A DNA stretch of 63,525 nucleotides, filler included, from Phoronis australis (GCA_002633005.1; 7 parts of 7 records of this genome joined end to end with filler, not necessarily neighbours in it), one strand, 5' to 3'; shown: positions 13,386 through 28,335, numbered from the whole stretch's first letter. Numbers and translations are program-made. Notes: a model not told the origin generated them from the letters alone.

Positions 13386-16300
13386 AATGGTCGCTTAATC
13401 TTCAATGATGTGAGCAAATTGTAACCATCTATTTCTAAATCTATCAAACTGTCTATTTTTCTAAAACATATTTCTCTGTGAGATAATACTCTTTTCAAAT
13501 ATTCGCAAAAGCATTAACAGATGGTAACCCCCCATCACGGAAAGTATACGTGATATTTCGCTAGAACCAAAAATAAATTTGTAGATGAATATGTGTTGTT
13601 AATTCCAAAAAGAACATTAGCGTTCATTAATGTTTCATCGCTATCACTAAAGTAAAATTCGAAAACATCGTTCCAGAAGGTTCTGGTGTATTTACAATAT
13701 ACAAATATGTTCATCAAAGTTTCTGGGATTTGATTACAAAATGTGCAAGTAAATTAACAGTATGTAAACCATTTGTCGCAACGATGGCAATGCATTCATA
13801 CCCCACAGCACTGAAAATTTGCATATCAACATCATCACGCTGTCAAGACTATAAATAGATATACCTGCATCTCTTCAGATATTTTGGTACAAATCTCAAT
13901 TACCTGCCTCGTGACATCGTTTGCCTGGTGAACTGGTTGTGGGATTCTGTAATGACGGTACTTTTTTCCAGTTCATGTTGGCATTTCGTTTGGGATTTCT
14001 GTAATAAAAAGCGCGATAGCATCACATGACACTAGTGATGAAGTAACAACATCGACTTCAACTAAAGTAATAGGCTTTAAAACTCATAGCTGGTTCTGCC
14101 ATGTATATTTTAATGAAAATGGATGTGGTATTTTACGTTGTTCAATTTTGAAAAAAAAACCACCTGATATCAGCAAATGGTGCGTGTTTGTCTTCTGAAT
14201 GCATCTTATGTGATGCGATTGACTGCTTTGGTGTTGAACGAAGGAGAGAATAGCCACGTCGGTGATGTTTGTCAATCAGTAGTCATAAATGATCTACAGC
14301 CAATGAAAGCTAAAAATGAGGAGACTGTTGTGGCTGAAATGACAAGACAAGTCGTTAAAAACTAGCTTGGAAGCGTCTCTGTGGTATTTGAAGAAAATTC
14401 AGATCGCAAGCTTGGCTAAAATGACGGAGCTGTGGCGTTTTCAAGCACTGCTTCCCTAACATAACTGCCTCCTTTCCAGCGTATCTTTATCTTCTTATGA
14501 TGATAGACGGGTCCTATGCGTGGTTTCAAAAATGTAACAACTTCCGAGTATCAAAGAATGTAGCCAACAACTATACAATGTACAAACCATTATCTCTTTC
14601 TCCTCAATGCCTAAGGTTACCCGCACTCATTTGATCAGTGTACTAAGAGAGTCAATGGCTGTTGCGGGACCAAGTCTTGTCAAACAATTTCGTGGTTAGA
14701 GATGAGTGTTCCAAACGATCCTGCAAAGTATACCGGTTGTTCGGATGACGTCATACACTCTATCGATCTTAGGTTTTCACCACTAAAATTTACCTCACAT
14801 TGTCGACAAAAATAAAGTATGGAATAAGCATTGAAGAAAACAGTTTTTAACTTGTTGTATATTTCTACTAGGGATCCGCTGTTGGAGATCTGCCTTGTCC
14901 GTGATACATTCCAGCAAGTTTAACCACTATTAATAGCCTTTATGACACCAACTTCTTTAGTAACTTACATGTACATTATGGTTTTTACTGCCGAAAAACG
15001 CATTTTGGTATTTTTTGGGGATACACTTCTTGAAGTTGCTAACTTTGACCAGAGCTATAAAACAATCAAACAATAAAATTCGTTTTGTTTTTTGGATTTC
15101 ATAATAAATAGGCAATTATGGCCGTTGTCTACCAGAGATTTACTGTCGATAATCAACGCAAGTCATTTGACTATACACTTAATTAAAATATTCTTCCACT
15201 TAGATCAATTTAAAGTACCTCAATGGCAGGCGATTTGGATGCTGCCGCTGGGACTATTCTTATAAAATCATTTTCTCTCCGATAATGTCATTTTAAAACA
15301 TCAATATCAATTCTTGATTTATTCTATTTTTCTTTTAATTCCAACCTTTAACTAGAAATCTAATGCACGCTTTAAGCTACTTACGGATACTTCCCTCAGG
15401 GATGATTATCCCATGTTGCTCGCTCTCCCATTGGAAACATGGCGTTGGCAACATCTTGTGAGAGGAATCTGTACTAGAAAGTTATAACAATGACATACCA
15501 ACGTATTTATTCTCAGCTACTTTATCTTGATTATTTTACCTATTGAGTGTAGCAATTTCTAACAACCAAAAAGTTTGCTGTAACTAGACAAAGGATTGCC
15601 TTATCCTTGTCAAAGCCCAGTGAAGGTGAAAGACGGTTGCTGAATATTACAGTGCCGAGTCCGGTTAAGGAGCTCGTGTTTGAAATGGCACCTGAAAAAT
15701 ACACGTACTAACATTTCGATCATTTGGGTTACGACAGACACTTCATCGAATTTTGGCACGCACCAGCGGTAATGTCAGATATTCAACGAAAATACAGTGG
15801 CAATAAACCAGTCTGCCGACACAAAAACAATCTTTGGCTTAGAGCACTTAGAAATTAGTTTCAAATTGTACCTTAGGTGTGAGGCTTACAGAGAACTGAC
15901 AGTTCGTCTTTTCTCGAGATAGGGATCCACAGGTTGACTTGCTAGAGTGTCGTTTTATTCGCCGATCATGGTCTTGCGAACAGACAGCAGGAAATTTTAC
16001 TCAAGAACGATATAATAAGTATTTCTTCCCAGTTGCCTAGTGATGTTTTCAGCTGTTGCAATGCCGAGTCTTGTGAAACAACTGAGCTACTCATGCTATT
16101 ACGGTGGTAAGTCTTGGAAACGAGACTGTGAAAAGAACGTAAAATAAATTTTAGTTAAATGGACGATGACGGATACTTCGAACTTAGTCTGTCCCCATAA
16201 TAACTTCAGATACTCAACGAAGAAAGAATTTGGTTTGAATAGTTTAATGAATTTACCAGAGAGCCTCTACTATATATTTTTCACTTACTTGAAACAACAT

Positions 16301-18083
16301 TCCAGTGACCGTACTTATTTTACTGCCCCTGATAATCATGGCTCTTGAACGGTTTGATAACCTAAAAAGTATACGTTATTCATTATTTTTGTTGTCTGGT
16401 TTTAAAAGTATTACAGGCATTCAATGTACTCTTTCTTGTACTTACATCGTGCACTTCTTCCACGACGCTGGTTCTCCCCAAGTCAGTTTGGTTTGGCAGC
16501 GCGAAACCGTCACGGTGACAAAACGTCAACATGACGTCGTCGTTTGTTTTGCTTGTTGATTTCATCATAAATTATAGCTATGCTCATTCGATACGATGTT
16601 CGCCCATTTCCGGGTGACATTACTACACATACATTGCAACGTCGTACGGAAAATGACGAATATTCCATCGAATGAGGGTGATAATGACCAAAAGCTCGCC
16701 TATTACTTACATGACGTAAAAAGGCGCCAGTTGTCATGCTAGCTGAATTCAGTATAATGCCTCCAAATTTATTTTTGCCGCTGCTGCCATTAACTGTTAG
16801 AGCACTCATGTTAGGCCGACACACATCGATTAGGATTCTACTTCATAAGCCATAGTAACGTATATTTTCTTCCTTAGATGCAGTGCGGTTATCTTCCTAT
16901 GTAATCTCATGCGGTATTTTCAGACGAAACAGAAATGACATTATCTTTAATAGCGGTCATCAACCATGTTGTACACCCCTTTCTATTAAATTGTCCCTAT
17001 AAAACTATTTTTGAGTGGTCTCACGAGATGTCGTCGATTTCCACAGCATGTTGTGTGACAGTTTCAAATGAGCCGACTCGTGGACGAGGCCGTTTTACCA
17101 TCGGTACTTTTGTCAGTGACAAACTGGCGGAGCATCGGCAAAAAATTTGCTTCATTTATTTCTTTCAAAAATCCAGTCCCAATTGGAAAGTTTCTGATTG
17201 GCAGTCATCGAAAGCTCGTATATATTGTTCAACGTTAAAGATGGCCTAATCAAGCGTTACTCAAGTAACTAACAGAAAATCTATCAGCAATTCGAGCATG
17301 ACTTGACGGGTACCCTATTTTCTTGTTCAAGCCGTTTTTGTGTGTGTAGAAAAAAAGCGAACGGTGGGAAGCAGACCACCCACTCCTCTGCCATTTAAAC
17401 ACATTGTAGTTGGATATGATTACCGACACATTCTGAGTAGATTTCAAGTGTTCTACGTTAATTTGAAGTAGTTCTTTGTTTTACAAAATAGACTTCAAGT
17501 TTACAGTGAAATTGGCGACGGAATGGTGAAACTTTTCGCTTCTTTTTTTCTTAGGAGTTTTCAATAACAAAATATGAGTTGTTTGATCGGAATTCATTGA
17601 GGTAGTTATTCGATTAACAATTAGACTGTGTTCCTTACACTCTTTTCTCGTTTAGCTGCGTTTTGCCTTGTTACAAAAGGTTGAAAAGGAAAATCGAACA
17701 TGGCCTTTTACTTTCATAATAATTCTTGCCTCGATATGATTCTACTTCTGTAACCAACAAGAACATCGAGACAATCCGACCCTAAATCTGCTATACCTGT
17801 AAGAGTTTAATTTCTGTATATTTTGAAATGTGCACACATCAAAAATGGATTTGTCCACTTTTCCGATCTGGATCTCAATGATTCTTTGCCATTGCGATGA
17901 GTGGTCGGTTGCTTACGTTTCTTTATCATACAAGTGTGTAATTGTAACTTTTATTACGCAAATGAGTTAAATCCTCTGGATGGTATCCACTTGGGTGCCA
18001 GAAATTGCACCCTTGTCAACACATTTGGAGTACCATTTTCCTGGAGGAAGACGAAAATTCGTTGTTCGTCGATATCTCAATAC

Positions 18084-18183
18084 NNNNNNNNNNNNNNNNN
18101 NNNNNNNNNNNNNNNNNNNNNNNNNNNTTAATTAATTAANNNNNNNNNNNNNNNNNNNNNNNNNNNNNNNNNNNNNNNNNNNN
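18084..18183. other. Assembly gap placeholder (N-TTAATTAATTAA-N); also at 29724, 32933, 46617, 52391 and 61146
   Basis: Same ~100-bp filler with stop codons in all frames at six positions. Confidence 0.97.
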
Positions 18184-18394
18184 TTTTTTTTTCATGCATC
18201 GGTAAAGTATACATATTTTTTAAGTGTTGTTCGGAAGGAAGTATGCCGATCAAAAGCGTAGATAAACATGGTAGGGTTAGGGCCGGTGACGAAGTACTTG
18301 AAAAGGCCTAATAAACAACATATCCAAGGGTGAGTACAGTATCTCCGTATCTTTCATGGAAAGTCGAATAAAATGTCAACAATGACATCCAAAG

Positions 18395-18552
18395 GTTTTT
18401 TTTTTATTATTAGTTTTTATTACTTTATTATTATTATTATTTATTATTATTATAATTATTTTTACTTTTTTATTATTATTTTTGTTTTATTACTATTATT
18501 ATTTTTTATTATTGTTTTGTTTTACTTAGTACCTAAATTTTATTACTATTGT
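18395..18552. repeat. (TTA)n low-complexity tract, possibly the 3' tail of a decayed minus-strand LINE
   Basis: TTA/TAT-rich run. Adjacent minus-strand sequence (18560-18850) contains scattered VRDLG- and PPW-like words, which is only weak LINE evidence. Confidence 0.6.
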
Positions 18553-21500
18553 TTTACCCACCAAGGTGGTTGCGCGCTATGTGAGGATACTCCCATGTGT
18601 TAGACGCGGCACTTTCGAGGTTTATCGCACCAGGCTTCAGGGCGATATGGAATATATTCCCATCTAGGTCTTAACCATTGTAAATCCCATCTGTTTACAT
18701 CAATAATACCTCCAGTCCTGTTGGAATAGTACCAAGTCTAGTGTAATGTAATTCCAGTATCCGCCATGTACCCAAACCATAAGTACGTCTGCAACCGAGG
18801 TCACGCACTTGTCAAACCGCTGGCATTCAAGCTCGTTCTACATGGGTTTCCAGACCCCAACTCCTTGTTCAAGGCTTAAAATAGCTAGTGTCACGCGCTA
18901 TCGTCACGCGCTTCTCTGTCTCGCGCTAGCCTTTGCCTAACGCGCGTGACTCAGTGGACATACTTTCGGTGAAAAAGCCAACGGGAACCAAAAAAGTGGA
19001 GTTGAAATTCTTCGGCGAAATCACCCCAATCTCATAACTAAGCTTCATCGAAGATATGTATAGAAGTAAAATAAATGGATCCATGAAGAAATGAAGCGCT
19101 TTTCTAAGTGATAGTTTTAGGTGTGGAATGTATTTTTGACGAGGTTAAACTCAAAATCAGTGGCCGGATTTGGCCAGACGAAATGGTGCAGAAAGGGATG
19201 GGAAGTATTCTAGCCCCCAACCGGCTAACCGAGGGTCTACGCGTTGACTAGCCCCTGTCCTACCAGCCCCGTTGATAACCTTTATACCTCGCCGCCGGGT
19301 CTCATCCCCAAAGCAGACGGCGATTGTCACACGATATACCACTTATACCCAGGGAAATGGTGAAATGGCGAGGAATTGGTTTGGGTTTGAGGGATCATTA
19401 AAATCGAAAGAAATCGGCCGTTAGAAAAGCCATCTGTGGCTACAAATAATAGATAAGGGACGTATCGTTTGTCCAGGACAATTAACAACGAACGGGAAGG
19501 AGTCTACTAGTTATAAACTTGTCTAATTAGGAAAACTTACGAGTGAATGTACTGTTGCTTGAGGCTGGGCCAACAGGAAGCTGGAGAGAAAGAACAAACA
19601 GCGCAACCATCGGACTTGGTAGGAACTAACCAGCAGTTGGATACGAAGCATAAAGGGCTCTATAATGGTATTTGCCCAAATAATAGGATTTATGTCAGAG
19701 TGCCATAAATCTCATTATCTTTTCTAATATCGAGAATTTCCTCAAAATGAACACACAGAATTTTTTTTCGACTGCCCTATTCCAAGACAATTCGGTCTTT
19801 TCCGCTTGATGGTAAAAAATTTAGGAAGACTATAGAACTACGTAACATCTCTATTACCCCTGCTCGAGCAGCAAACTATTGCACACTACTACCATTATGC
19901 TGAGTAAATTTTGCCGGAAATTCAGATAAGAAATATCTTTTTGCTTCGCAACAAAAAGAGCAATGCTGTAGTCTTTGTCACCTTAATCAATGAAAGAGCT
20001 ATAGTTTATATGTGCATTGAGATTCACTCCATATGAAACACTAGAGACTGAATATCAAGAAACCAAATATGGACATCAAGAATAAAAAGCGCGTCGTGAG
20101 CAATAGATTGAAACAGAAAAACGCCAAATGGCAGATGAAACGAATGCATTTGAGTGAGTACTTGGCTTTTTCACAGTTGCCTGCGCCCGTCAACGTCCGG
20201 AAACTTGGTGCGTTGTGTGAATGGATTTTTAATCGAACGTTTCAGATGTTTTAATTGCTATAGTGAGAAAAAATTACGAAAATTTCATAAGTCGACAGGT
20301 CTGGTAAAAATTAAGAGAATTACAGCTTGCCTTGCTTCAGTCTCTAGCATATGTAACTCGCACACTCGATTTGAGTGACAGCTCTGTAGAAACTTTGGAC
20401 CTTGCTCTGTTGTTGACATGTCTCCACACAGTTAAAGGTGCTGCTACGAAATTTGCTTTTTCTTGCTACATGTTATGTGCAGTAGTTTGTATCTGAGATT
20501 AACTGAGGTTGAAAATGTTTATACGTGGAATATTACAAAGCGGCTCCTTCTTATACATGAGGTCTGGCATATCTTAAGCCTGTTTCCCTGACACTTGTTG
20601 ACATTTGGAACAAGTTAGAAACCGTAGAAATTTGTTGTACAAATGTAGGCCTATTGACCTTCATTTGGGGGGATGTTAACAGAAAATACCGTCAATATGG
20701 AAAGGCGTTGTCGGAGCTGTCAATCATCTTACGTACTGTTTGCACGAACGGCGTTCTCATTAACAGCGACCTTTTCTCATTAATGCAATTCTCTTCTTAT
20801 GACCAGTCGAAATCCAGTTCTTACTCAATTTTCTTCTCGTTGTCCGTAATTCGCTTCCATGTTTTGATGTCTTTTTTAACCACAATCATAAATATATCAC
20901 TGTGTCCTTCTGACCCAGAGTACTGTCGATCACACGATGCTGCGCGTGCACATAATTATGGTCATAGATTTATAGGTCTTTTCACATTAGCACGGAACTG
21001 ATCAAGAGTTCGGAACTTTGGTACATGAATTGCATGAATTCACGATTGCCTTTATATCTTATTCGGTGAGCGCAACAAAAATTCCTTGTACATGTATTTA
21101 AACCAGATAGGTGGTCGAACTCGTCTCAGACGGCCGGGCCAGCCAGACGAGATTCAAGTTATGCTGTTCAAGCCTCGTTTCGGCATTAGAATAACAAACA
21201 AGCATAATTAACAATTGCATATGCCGCTTTAAACCCCTAAAGTGAGTTAGAGATTGGCATTGGATTTATTTGGTGTTCGACACTACGCTGGAGAGTGGCA
21301 GCAGGTAGATGGCGGCGCCGTGTAACGTTATAACGAGTTCCGTATCGAACATTAAAACGTAACGTGTGACAAACACGTGAATTTTGCATCTGAATCTGGC
21401 ATTAATGCCACGAATAGGAGATATGTGAGTAGTTTGAGTGCTGTATAATGTCTTAGTGGACAATCGTGTATTTTGAGTGTTTATGAACAAGGAATTGTTT

Positions 21501-22349
21501 AATGCTGTTCAAGAGAAAGGAACACAATTAGAATTAAATTATCGGATTGGGGAGAAAATACCTACATGTACTCAGACCGAAAGAAAAGAATTGCGTTAGG
21601 ATAAAGAGGGAGCAGGTGAAAACGCGCTTGCCGTTTGGGAAGGAAGGAGAGTGGCAGCCATACGCCAATGTGCGACTGTTTGGTCTGAACCTTTCCGGAT
21701 CCGTCTTTGTCATGGAATGTCGTCTGACTATAAACGATGCATTGTCTAGTTTATCTGGCACTGGTTATGAATACCGTTGCGTTACAAATGCAATATACAC
21801 GTTGCTCCATCTAGTGCTAAATTGTATACTAAGCCCTGCGTCATCAAAATGGCCGCGTTCCAGCTTACTAACAAACTGATTGGTACATGTACGCGTGTAC
21901 AGCAGTGTTCGCCGATAAGTGCATCGTTGAGTGCCAAAAGTGAACATGTCGCGACAAATCGTCTCATTTGTAACGACTCTCATAAATTTCGTAATGCGTA
22001 ACATTTTATCGTTCATGTCCAACACTTTGGTTCAAAAATAGCCGAGGTCCTCAGTTTGAAATTTGAAGTGACCGACTGAAGTTATTTCAGCATGTCATTA
22101 TGGTGACCGAATCTCGACATGTCGATCTGAAGACTGCCTGGACGATTCAAAGTTAGAGCAATGCTGCAGATTTTGCGATGAACGCTTTGTAGCCTACAGT
22201 GGACAGGACTTTGACGCAATAAAAAGGTGCCGAGAACAGGCTAACGCAACCCACGTGCGTACATTTTTGTCGCGTCTTTGTTGAAACACGAGTGCAAAAC
22301 TTTACAACAATGACGCCTATTCTATAAGCAATTGATTTATTACATCCAA

Positions 22350-24360
22350 TCAAAATATGCATTTTTAAATGAAGTTACTTAAGGTAAAGCATTCTAGGAA
22401 ACGTGCATGCATTGAACAACATACAAAAATACTGTGCATTGGATAATAGAAAATTGCCACGTGTCGGCTGGAAATGTAGGTTTACTTTTTCTGATGTAAT
22501 TAATTAGTTTGAGCTCCTTTTGATAGGGAGGTAAATTACACACAATCCGTTGCAACGAACCACAAATCCTTGGCCTTGAAATTTCTCGAGCCGAAAGAAA
22601 ACTAACTTTCTTCTTCCGTATTGCTTGCTCCAGTTTTCATCGGTCAGATGGTCTAACGCTGCGTATGTAAACGGCTCCTTCCTCGAAACTCTGTCCGTCG
22701 AAATGATATCAGATGAGACGGTGTGCAGATCTAGTTTCTTCTACAGTATGTGCCACAAGCTACATGTATGACTCAAATCGGCGTTGGCTGTCAAATTATT
22801 AGTCGATATTCTCAAGAGTTCTCGATAGTTTCAAAATGAAAGAATGCAACGGGAATCCAAATTGTTGGGAAAGCAAAGTAGGTATTGGTGATCGGGTGCG
22901 TACGTTGGTTATCTTCCTCGCAAAAACCCTACAAAGGGCAGTAATCACGCCCAAAAGGAACGTCTTTCCCAGGTTCTTCTCATCAACAGCATACGTAATG
23001 GTTCACAACCAGCTCGTTTTTAGCCGTTTGCTTCTACTGCGTTTCACGTCGCAGTACCAGCAGTTTCAGACACACATCGACGCACTTACGGAATTCCATG
23101 TTAAATCATCCCAGGGAACAATGTGCAACGGTTTCACGTGACGGGTGATTAGCTTGGATATTGTGCTTTGGTTTCCAAATTTCGTCGCCACAATCTGCAA
23201 CCTCTGGTGAATAAAGTAGCAGCTACTGTACCAGTTGACTCCTGTAATTGCATCATATACCAGTCGTTGTTTTGCCATATGTCGAATTAGATTGTTCGTC
23301 TCTTCACGAACACAGTTTGTCTGCCTCTCTATATTTTTATTCTAATCATCACCGGTCCTTGACCATTAGGTGACACTACAATTCCAAACACGACTTTTTT
23401 CCACAGCACCAACTACGCCAACTGCCAAGAATTCCCTAATTATCGGATACGCTGGTGAAGACTATGTCCGAACTCAGACACTAAGCCTACCACTACATGT
23501 ACATGCAGCGCCATCTCGTTCATCGTTTCCAATGCACGCTTCTAAGAACCGCAGACTTCCACAGTTTCGTCAGCGTTACAATCGCCCACACCTTTTTCGT
23601 GTAAAATTACAGCAACGTTCACCTATCCAAAATCGTATCAATTTAAGCATATTATTTTGCCACGCAGTCTCATAAATAGGAAACAATATCCTATGAATCT
23701 GTTCGAAGTACATGTAATGAAGTACCGTTTCACACACCTGCCATCGAAGCATAAAGTTTACGACGGCTATCAAGCTCATACTCGAAATACCCAAATCTTC
23801 TTGTCAGTTTCATCATGAAAGAACTCAGGATGACCCCACGTTGTTCCTAATGGCTTGGATAGGCAAAGGACGGGTCTAGTGGCCAAGTGCGCCCATAGAA
23901 TGTCTTCTTCGCGATCAGTCGAACTGCATAAAACTAGGAGGTTGTGTCGCATTGCTTCAACAGCAACACGATTTTCACAAGAGCATGCATTACTTGTCGA
24001 AGAATGTTTTAGGCAAATAGTTCCTTGCTGTTATTTCCTTCTAGTGATTCCCTAAATTGATGTCATACCCATTGTGTAACGTGAAGCGCTGTCGAATGAT
24101 CTGCTCATCAGTGATGATAAAACCAGCACCATCAATGGCTGACTGACTTCGCTGCACAAATCACAGACGTGCGCACTTTTAACAACACCTTGTCGTTTTT
24201 GAAAGGCCAACAACGGCAATATCCGAATTGAAGTCGTCAACCCATAGCTATTCCTTCCTCAATTCATAATTAAATAGATTCCAAACCTTGTTTTGGTGAT
24301 CTCAACCAATATTCGTTCTGTCACCTGCTAATGCATCACTGGCGTCCCATTTGAGTATTA
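22350..24360. repeat. Old diverged segmental duplication, copy 1 (partner ~27120-28335)
   Basis: Shared colinear blocks: TGAAGTTACTTA (22370/27138), TCAAG.TC.TACTCGAAATACC (23770/27716), GAAAGAACTCAG..GACCCCACGTTG (23818/27768), CTGCTAATGCATC...GCGTCCCA (24326/28303). Confidence 0.7.
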
Positions 24361-24903
24361 AAAGCAAGATTCATCTAAAAATTCATGACTACTCTATGAC
24401 AAGGTACCTAAACTACACGGTCAACGGACTCGTAAACACGGGCAAGATTCACGGGGTATATTCAGAGCTAAGAATTTTGGCCTTACCGAATTTTGGTAGG
24501 TCTTGCCTTTTTAGTTAACTTTTGTCTCGTTTTCTACTTTTCTCGGAGTTTTCGTTTTTCTGAGGCGGAACTTTTTGCCCACTTTGCCAAATGGGTGGGG
24601 GGATCTCGAGTCCCCATGGGTGTGCGCGTGCAGGGCCCGCTACAAGAAACTGACTTAAATTATTTTTTTCTACTTAAATCTAAAATTTGGCTCAACTTCC
24701 AAGCTTTGAAACTTCTACGTCCAGTAAGATAGCCACAATTAAAGAGAAGGGTTAGTTAAAATCTTATGTCAAGCTTAAGATCTCTTTCTTGAATTTTAAG
24801 TTTATCTTGAAATTGAAGATTTGTTTTAGTTCAGTCAATTTTCTTGGAAGCATCCTCAGTTGTACACTTAGTCGCTGTAATCACAAGATTTTCTGTTTTT
24901 CAG

Positions 24904-25068
24904 AATACCACCACCGCACCGTCCTCTTCAATGCCGAAATCATCAACAAGAACAACAGATGCTCCTGAAAATTCTGCGACACGCGCCAATTTAGCGGCCA
25001 TGACATACCTGTACATCTCTATCTCTGTCTTTTTTCGTTCTCTAACGACGTCGTACTGTAAACTTTGA
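24904..25068 (+). CDS. Candidate terminal exon of a secreted protein: Ser/Thr stalk plus hydrophobic tail resembling a GPI signal
   Basis: Strong acceptor TTTTCTGTTTTTCAG, followed by NTTTAPSSSMPKSSTRTTDAPENSATRANLAAMTYLYISISVFFRSLTTSYCKL*. Upstream exons were not identified. Confidence 0.35.
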   Translation, partial: NTTTAPSSSMPKSSTRTTDAPENSATRANLAAMTYLYISISVFFRSLTTSYCKL

Positions 25069-25619
25069 AGTAAAAAAACGCGATTCAGTTGACATAAGTG
25101 TTGTCGTTTTCTTGGCATTATCTTAAAGAAGGCGTAACTGAACCTACAAATTTTAATTTTAAATTCTGACCACTTACAGGGACATTATGTGCCAGAACTT
25201 TAATTTTTGTGAGATCAGCCTACACTGTAAAATTGCGTTTTGAATTCAAAAGCAATTCTATGCGCATACATGTAGAAGTCCTCACTTTTTATGCCAAAAA
25301 TTTCTGAACTTATTAAACAACGTAGAAAATAAATCTGAAACTAAAAGAGGCCATCCAGATCCTCTAAATTATACTTTTGTTTGACGAAATGTAGAATATA
25401 TGTAGGTAAATAAAACAACAATAATGGATCAACTGAAATTTTCAAGATATTATAACATCCTTTGTCAACAGAAACAGAAATAAAGTAAAATCAAAGATGA
25501 TATGACAAAGGAAATCTGATATTTGTCGCAATTAACATGGAAGATTGTTGTGGAGAAAAGTAAAGGATGTGATTTAAAAAGCCTTTATGGTTGATAAGAA
25601 AGGTGGACGCCAAAAAACA

Positions 25620-26240
25620 GACTTGAAAACGGTAAAAAATGGCCACTAGGTGGCGCAAAATACAACGATTCCATCTGAAAACGGAAGGATGGTGTCATCT
25701 TACTAACAGTTGCCTATATGCCAAATTTTATGAAAATCCGTTGAGGACCTTTGAAGAAACAGAGATAAATGTAAAAAAAATAAAAGTGCTACTAGGGGCA
25801 CAGTGGTAGTTCGATTCACCCGAAATTCGTCGACGTCTGCTGTCAACATCATATAAATACACATGCTAAATTTAAAAACGATCCTGCAAATATTTGGGAG
25901 ATACTGCCATGGAGGCAAAAAAAAACTGACACTAGGAGGTGTCACAGTATTCGAAGTCGTCGGAAAATCATCACCAGCTGCACTCCTCATAGTAAGAACA
26001 TGCATGCCATGGGGTGGACGCTTAAAAGCAAACTCGAAAACAGTAAAAATGGCCACCAGGTGGCACAAACCACGTATAATCCATCCGAAAAAGGGAGGAT
26101 AGAGTCATCTCACCAATAGATGCCATTATGCTAAATTTTATGAAAATACGCTGAGAACTTTTGATGATACAGAGGTAAGCGTAAAAAATTAACTTTTTAC
26201 GCAATTTATAAATTGCCACAAGGGAGCACACCGGGGATCG
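25620..26240. repeat. Degenerate tandem repeat carrying CCAC(T/C)AGGTGGCRC motifs
   Basis: GGCCACTAGGTGGCGC (~25641) and GGCCACCAGGTGGCAC (~26051) lie in homologous ~410-bp blocks, with weaker copies at ~25789, ~25929 and ~26214. Confidence 0.6.
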
Positions 26241-26304
26241 GATCCGGCCATGGGAGGTTTTAAAAAATGTATATAAGCTTTCAAATTGGATTCATTAGGC
26301 TGCC

Positions 26305-27065
26305 TTGAGAAGTGCGATTAAGTTGAAAGCTGATCCTTCAATTTCAAAATGCATACACCCCCAGTCAAGCCAAATTACTAATGTGTTTTCTAGAAATATT
26401 ATGCTTTCCAAAATTGTTTTGTCTCCTGATAAAGAGTACAGCTTACCTGACATTTACTCTAGACAACGAATTATACAAATTTATGTTCTTCCACACAAAC
26501 TCTTGTTGCCTTCTTATGTTAAAACCTTCAAGGACTTCTATCTTCATAGAAAAGTGTTTACAAAACTTATTTTGAAAACGATGAACGTAGTCATTGATGA
26601 CAAGTTTGCATCTTGTGGAACTGTTGAGACTTTTAACCATATGTTTGTGGAATGTGGTTCTGTGAAAACTTTGTGGTGTGAAATTCAGAAACTTTTAATT
26701 TACGTAACTGCACAACACGATTTAATCTTAGATAGAGATGTTATTTTGACAGCATATTTTGGATGTAATTTGGAAAATATCAATACCATATTAATGTTCT
26801 AGAAGCCAGATTATTCCTAGATATTCAAAATTTTAACGTTTCTTGTATAATTATTGTAAAGTAAGGAATATACAACCCCGCAAAACTGCCTTTTGGGAAG
26901 CCATCAATGCCTATTTATTTTAGACCAACAGTGAATTTCTGTAATTTAGATATATGTGTGTGCGTGTGTGTGTGTGTGTGCCTGTGTTTCATTTGCAAAG
27001 ATCTTATTGTTTGTAAATATTCGTGTATTTAGAAATAAAATGTATTAAAAATAAAAAAGAACAAA
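26305..27065 (+). mobile_element. 5'-truncated, decayed L1/Tx1-clade LINE (C-terminal zf-RVT region and 3' UTR)
   Basis: ORF 26305-26802 ends in CGTVETFNHMFVECGSVKTLWCEI, matching the C..ET..H.F..C...K.LW pattern of the ORF2 zinc knuckle. It is followed by (TG)n, AATAAA and an A-rich tail at ~27035-27065. Confidence 0.75.
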
Positions 27066-27119
27066 ACTTTGCAACTACGACACCTATTCAGTAAGCAATC
27101 AATTTATTACACACAAGGA

Positions 27120-28335
27120 AAATGTCGATTTTTAACTGAAGTTACTTAGGCTAAAACAGTCTAAGGGTCTACAGAAAAGTACATGCATTTCACAACTTAC
27201 TAAAATAACAAATAATGAAATTGCAGTGTACATGTACATATATGCGTTGGGAAATAGAAAATTGCACATAGACGTGGATATATCTTCAATTCCGCGACAC
27301 GTAGTTGACTAAAAACATTGCAAGGTTGCCCAGTACCCGAAATGCATATCGGTACATGTAGGACGTGCGTTCACTAAGCTCAAGTTGGTCCCTCAAAACA
27401 ACTGATTTGGAACTCTTGAGAACCCTGTTATGCATATTTTGTCAAAAGTTCTTCCTTAGAGGGGTTTCAGATATCCGCAATCAGTGTTCGAACTTCAGCA
27501 AATAAATGTGCTGGCTCGGCGGACCATGATCTACTCAGATACAAGACCACGTCCACATAAGCTTAAACTGTACAGGTATTTATGAAAGTTTATGTGCCCA
27601 GCTGCAAATCCACTGGCTCCGGGCCTGTGTGTATTTCGATCCATGTCCGTAACCATGCTTCTTTCACTTGCCCGGTCATTTTTAACCTTCTAACAAAAAG
27701 GATCATTGGCGGCTGTCAAGTTCGTACTCGAAATACCTACGCCTTCGTGTAAGTACCGTCGATAATGAAAGAACTCAGAAAGACCCCACGTTGTGTTTAA
27801 TGGGTCGGATAGACAAAGGAGGGGCGTAGTGGTCAGGTGCCCCCATGGAGGGTTGTGAGGAAATTGCCTCAACAGCCACACGATTTTTATAGTCGGCGAA
27901 TGCATTTCCTTAGAGCTGATCAACTCTGTAGACAAATCCTTCTCCTGAATGCATGCTGAACACCGGTGTAAGCAAATTATATTTCTTGGCTTTTTTTTTT
28001 TCTAAAGTGATTCTCTAATGATCTCATGCCCAACGTGTACAACGTGAAGTGCTCTACAATAATCAAGTCTTACCTGCTAGTAAATCCCACACCACCAATG
28101 GTTGCTTTACTCCGCTATCCAAAACACAGACGTAAGCACTTTTGATCAGCTTGTCGCTGTTCTAAGGCCAACAATGTCCAAATGGAAGGCGTAGGTTGAT
28201 CGTCTATCCATACATGTAGATATTTGATTCTGATTGTCAATTCATAATTTAAAAGGATACTGAACCCTGTTTTGGTGATCTCAATCAATCCATGGTCTTT
28301 CACTGCTAATGCATCCCGAGCGTCCCACTTGACCA
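27120..28335. repeat. Old diverged segmental duplication, copy 2
   Basis: Colinear similarity to 22350-24360. Confidence 0.7.

Noticed and set aside
18084-18183. Recurring TTAATTAATTAA motif within N runs
   Set aside because: Artificial gap filler, not biological
20432-21232. Possible TTAA-flanked MITE
   Set aside because: Terminal inverted match too weak to support
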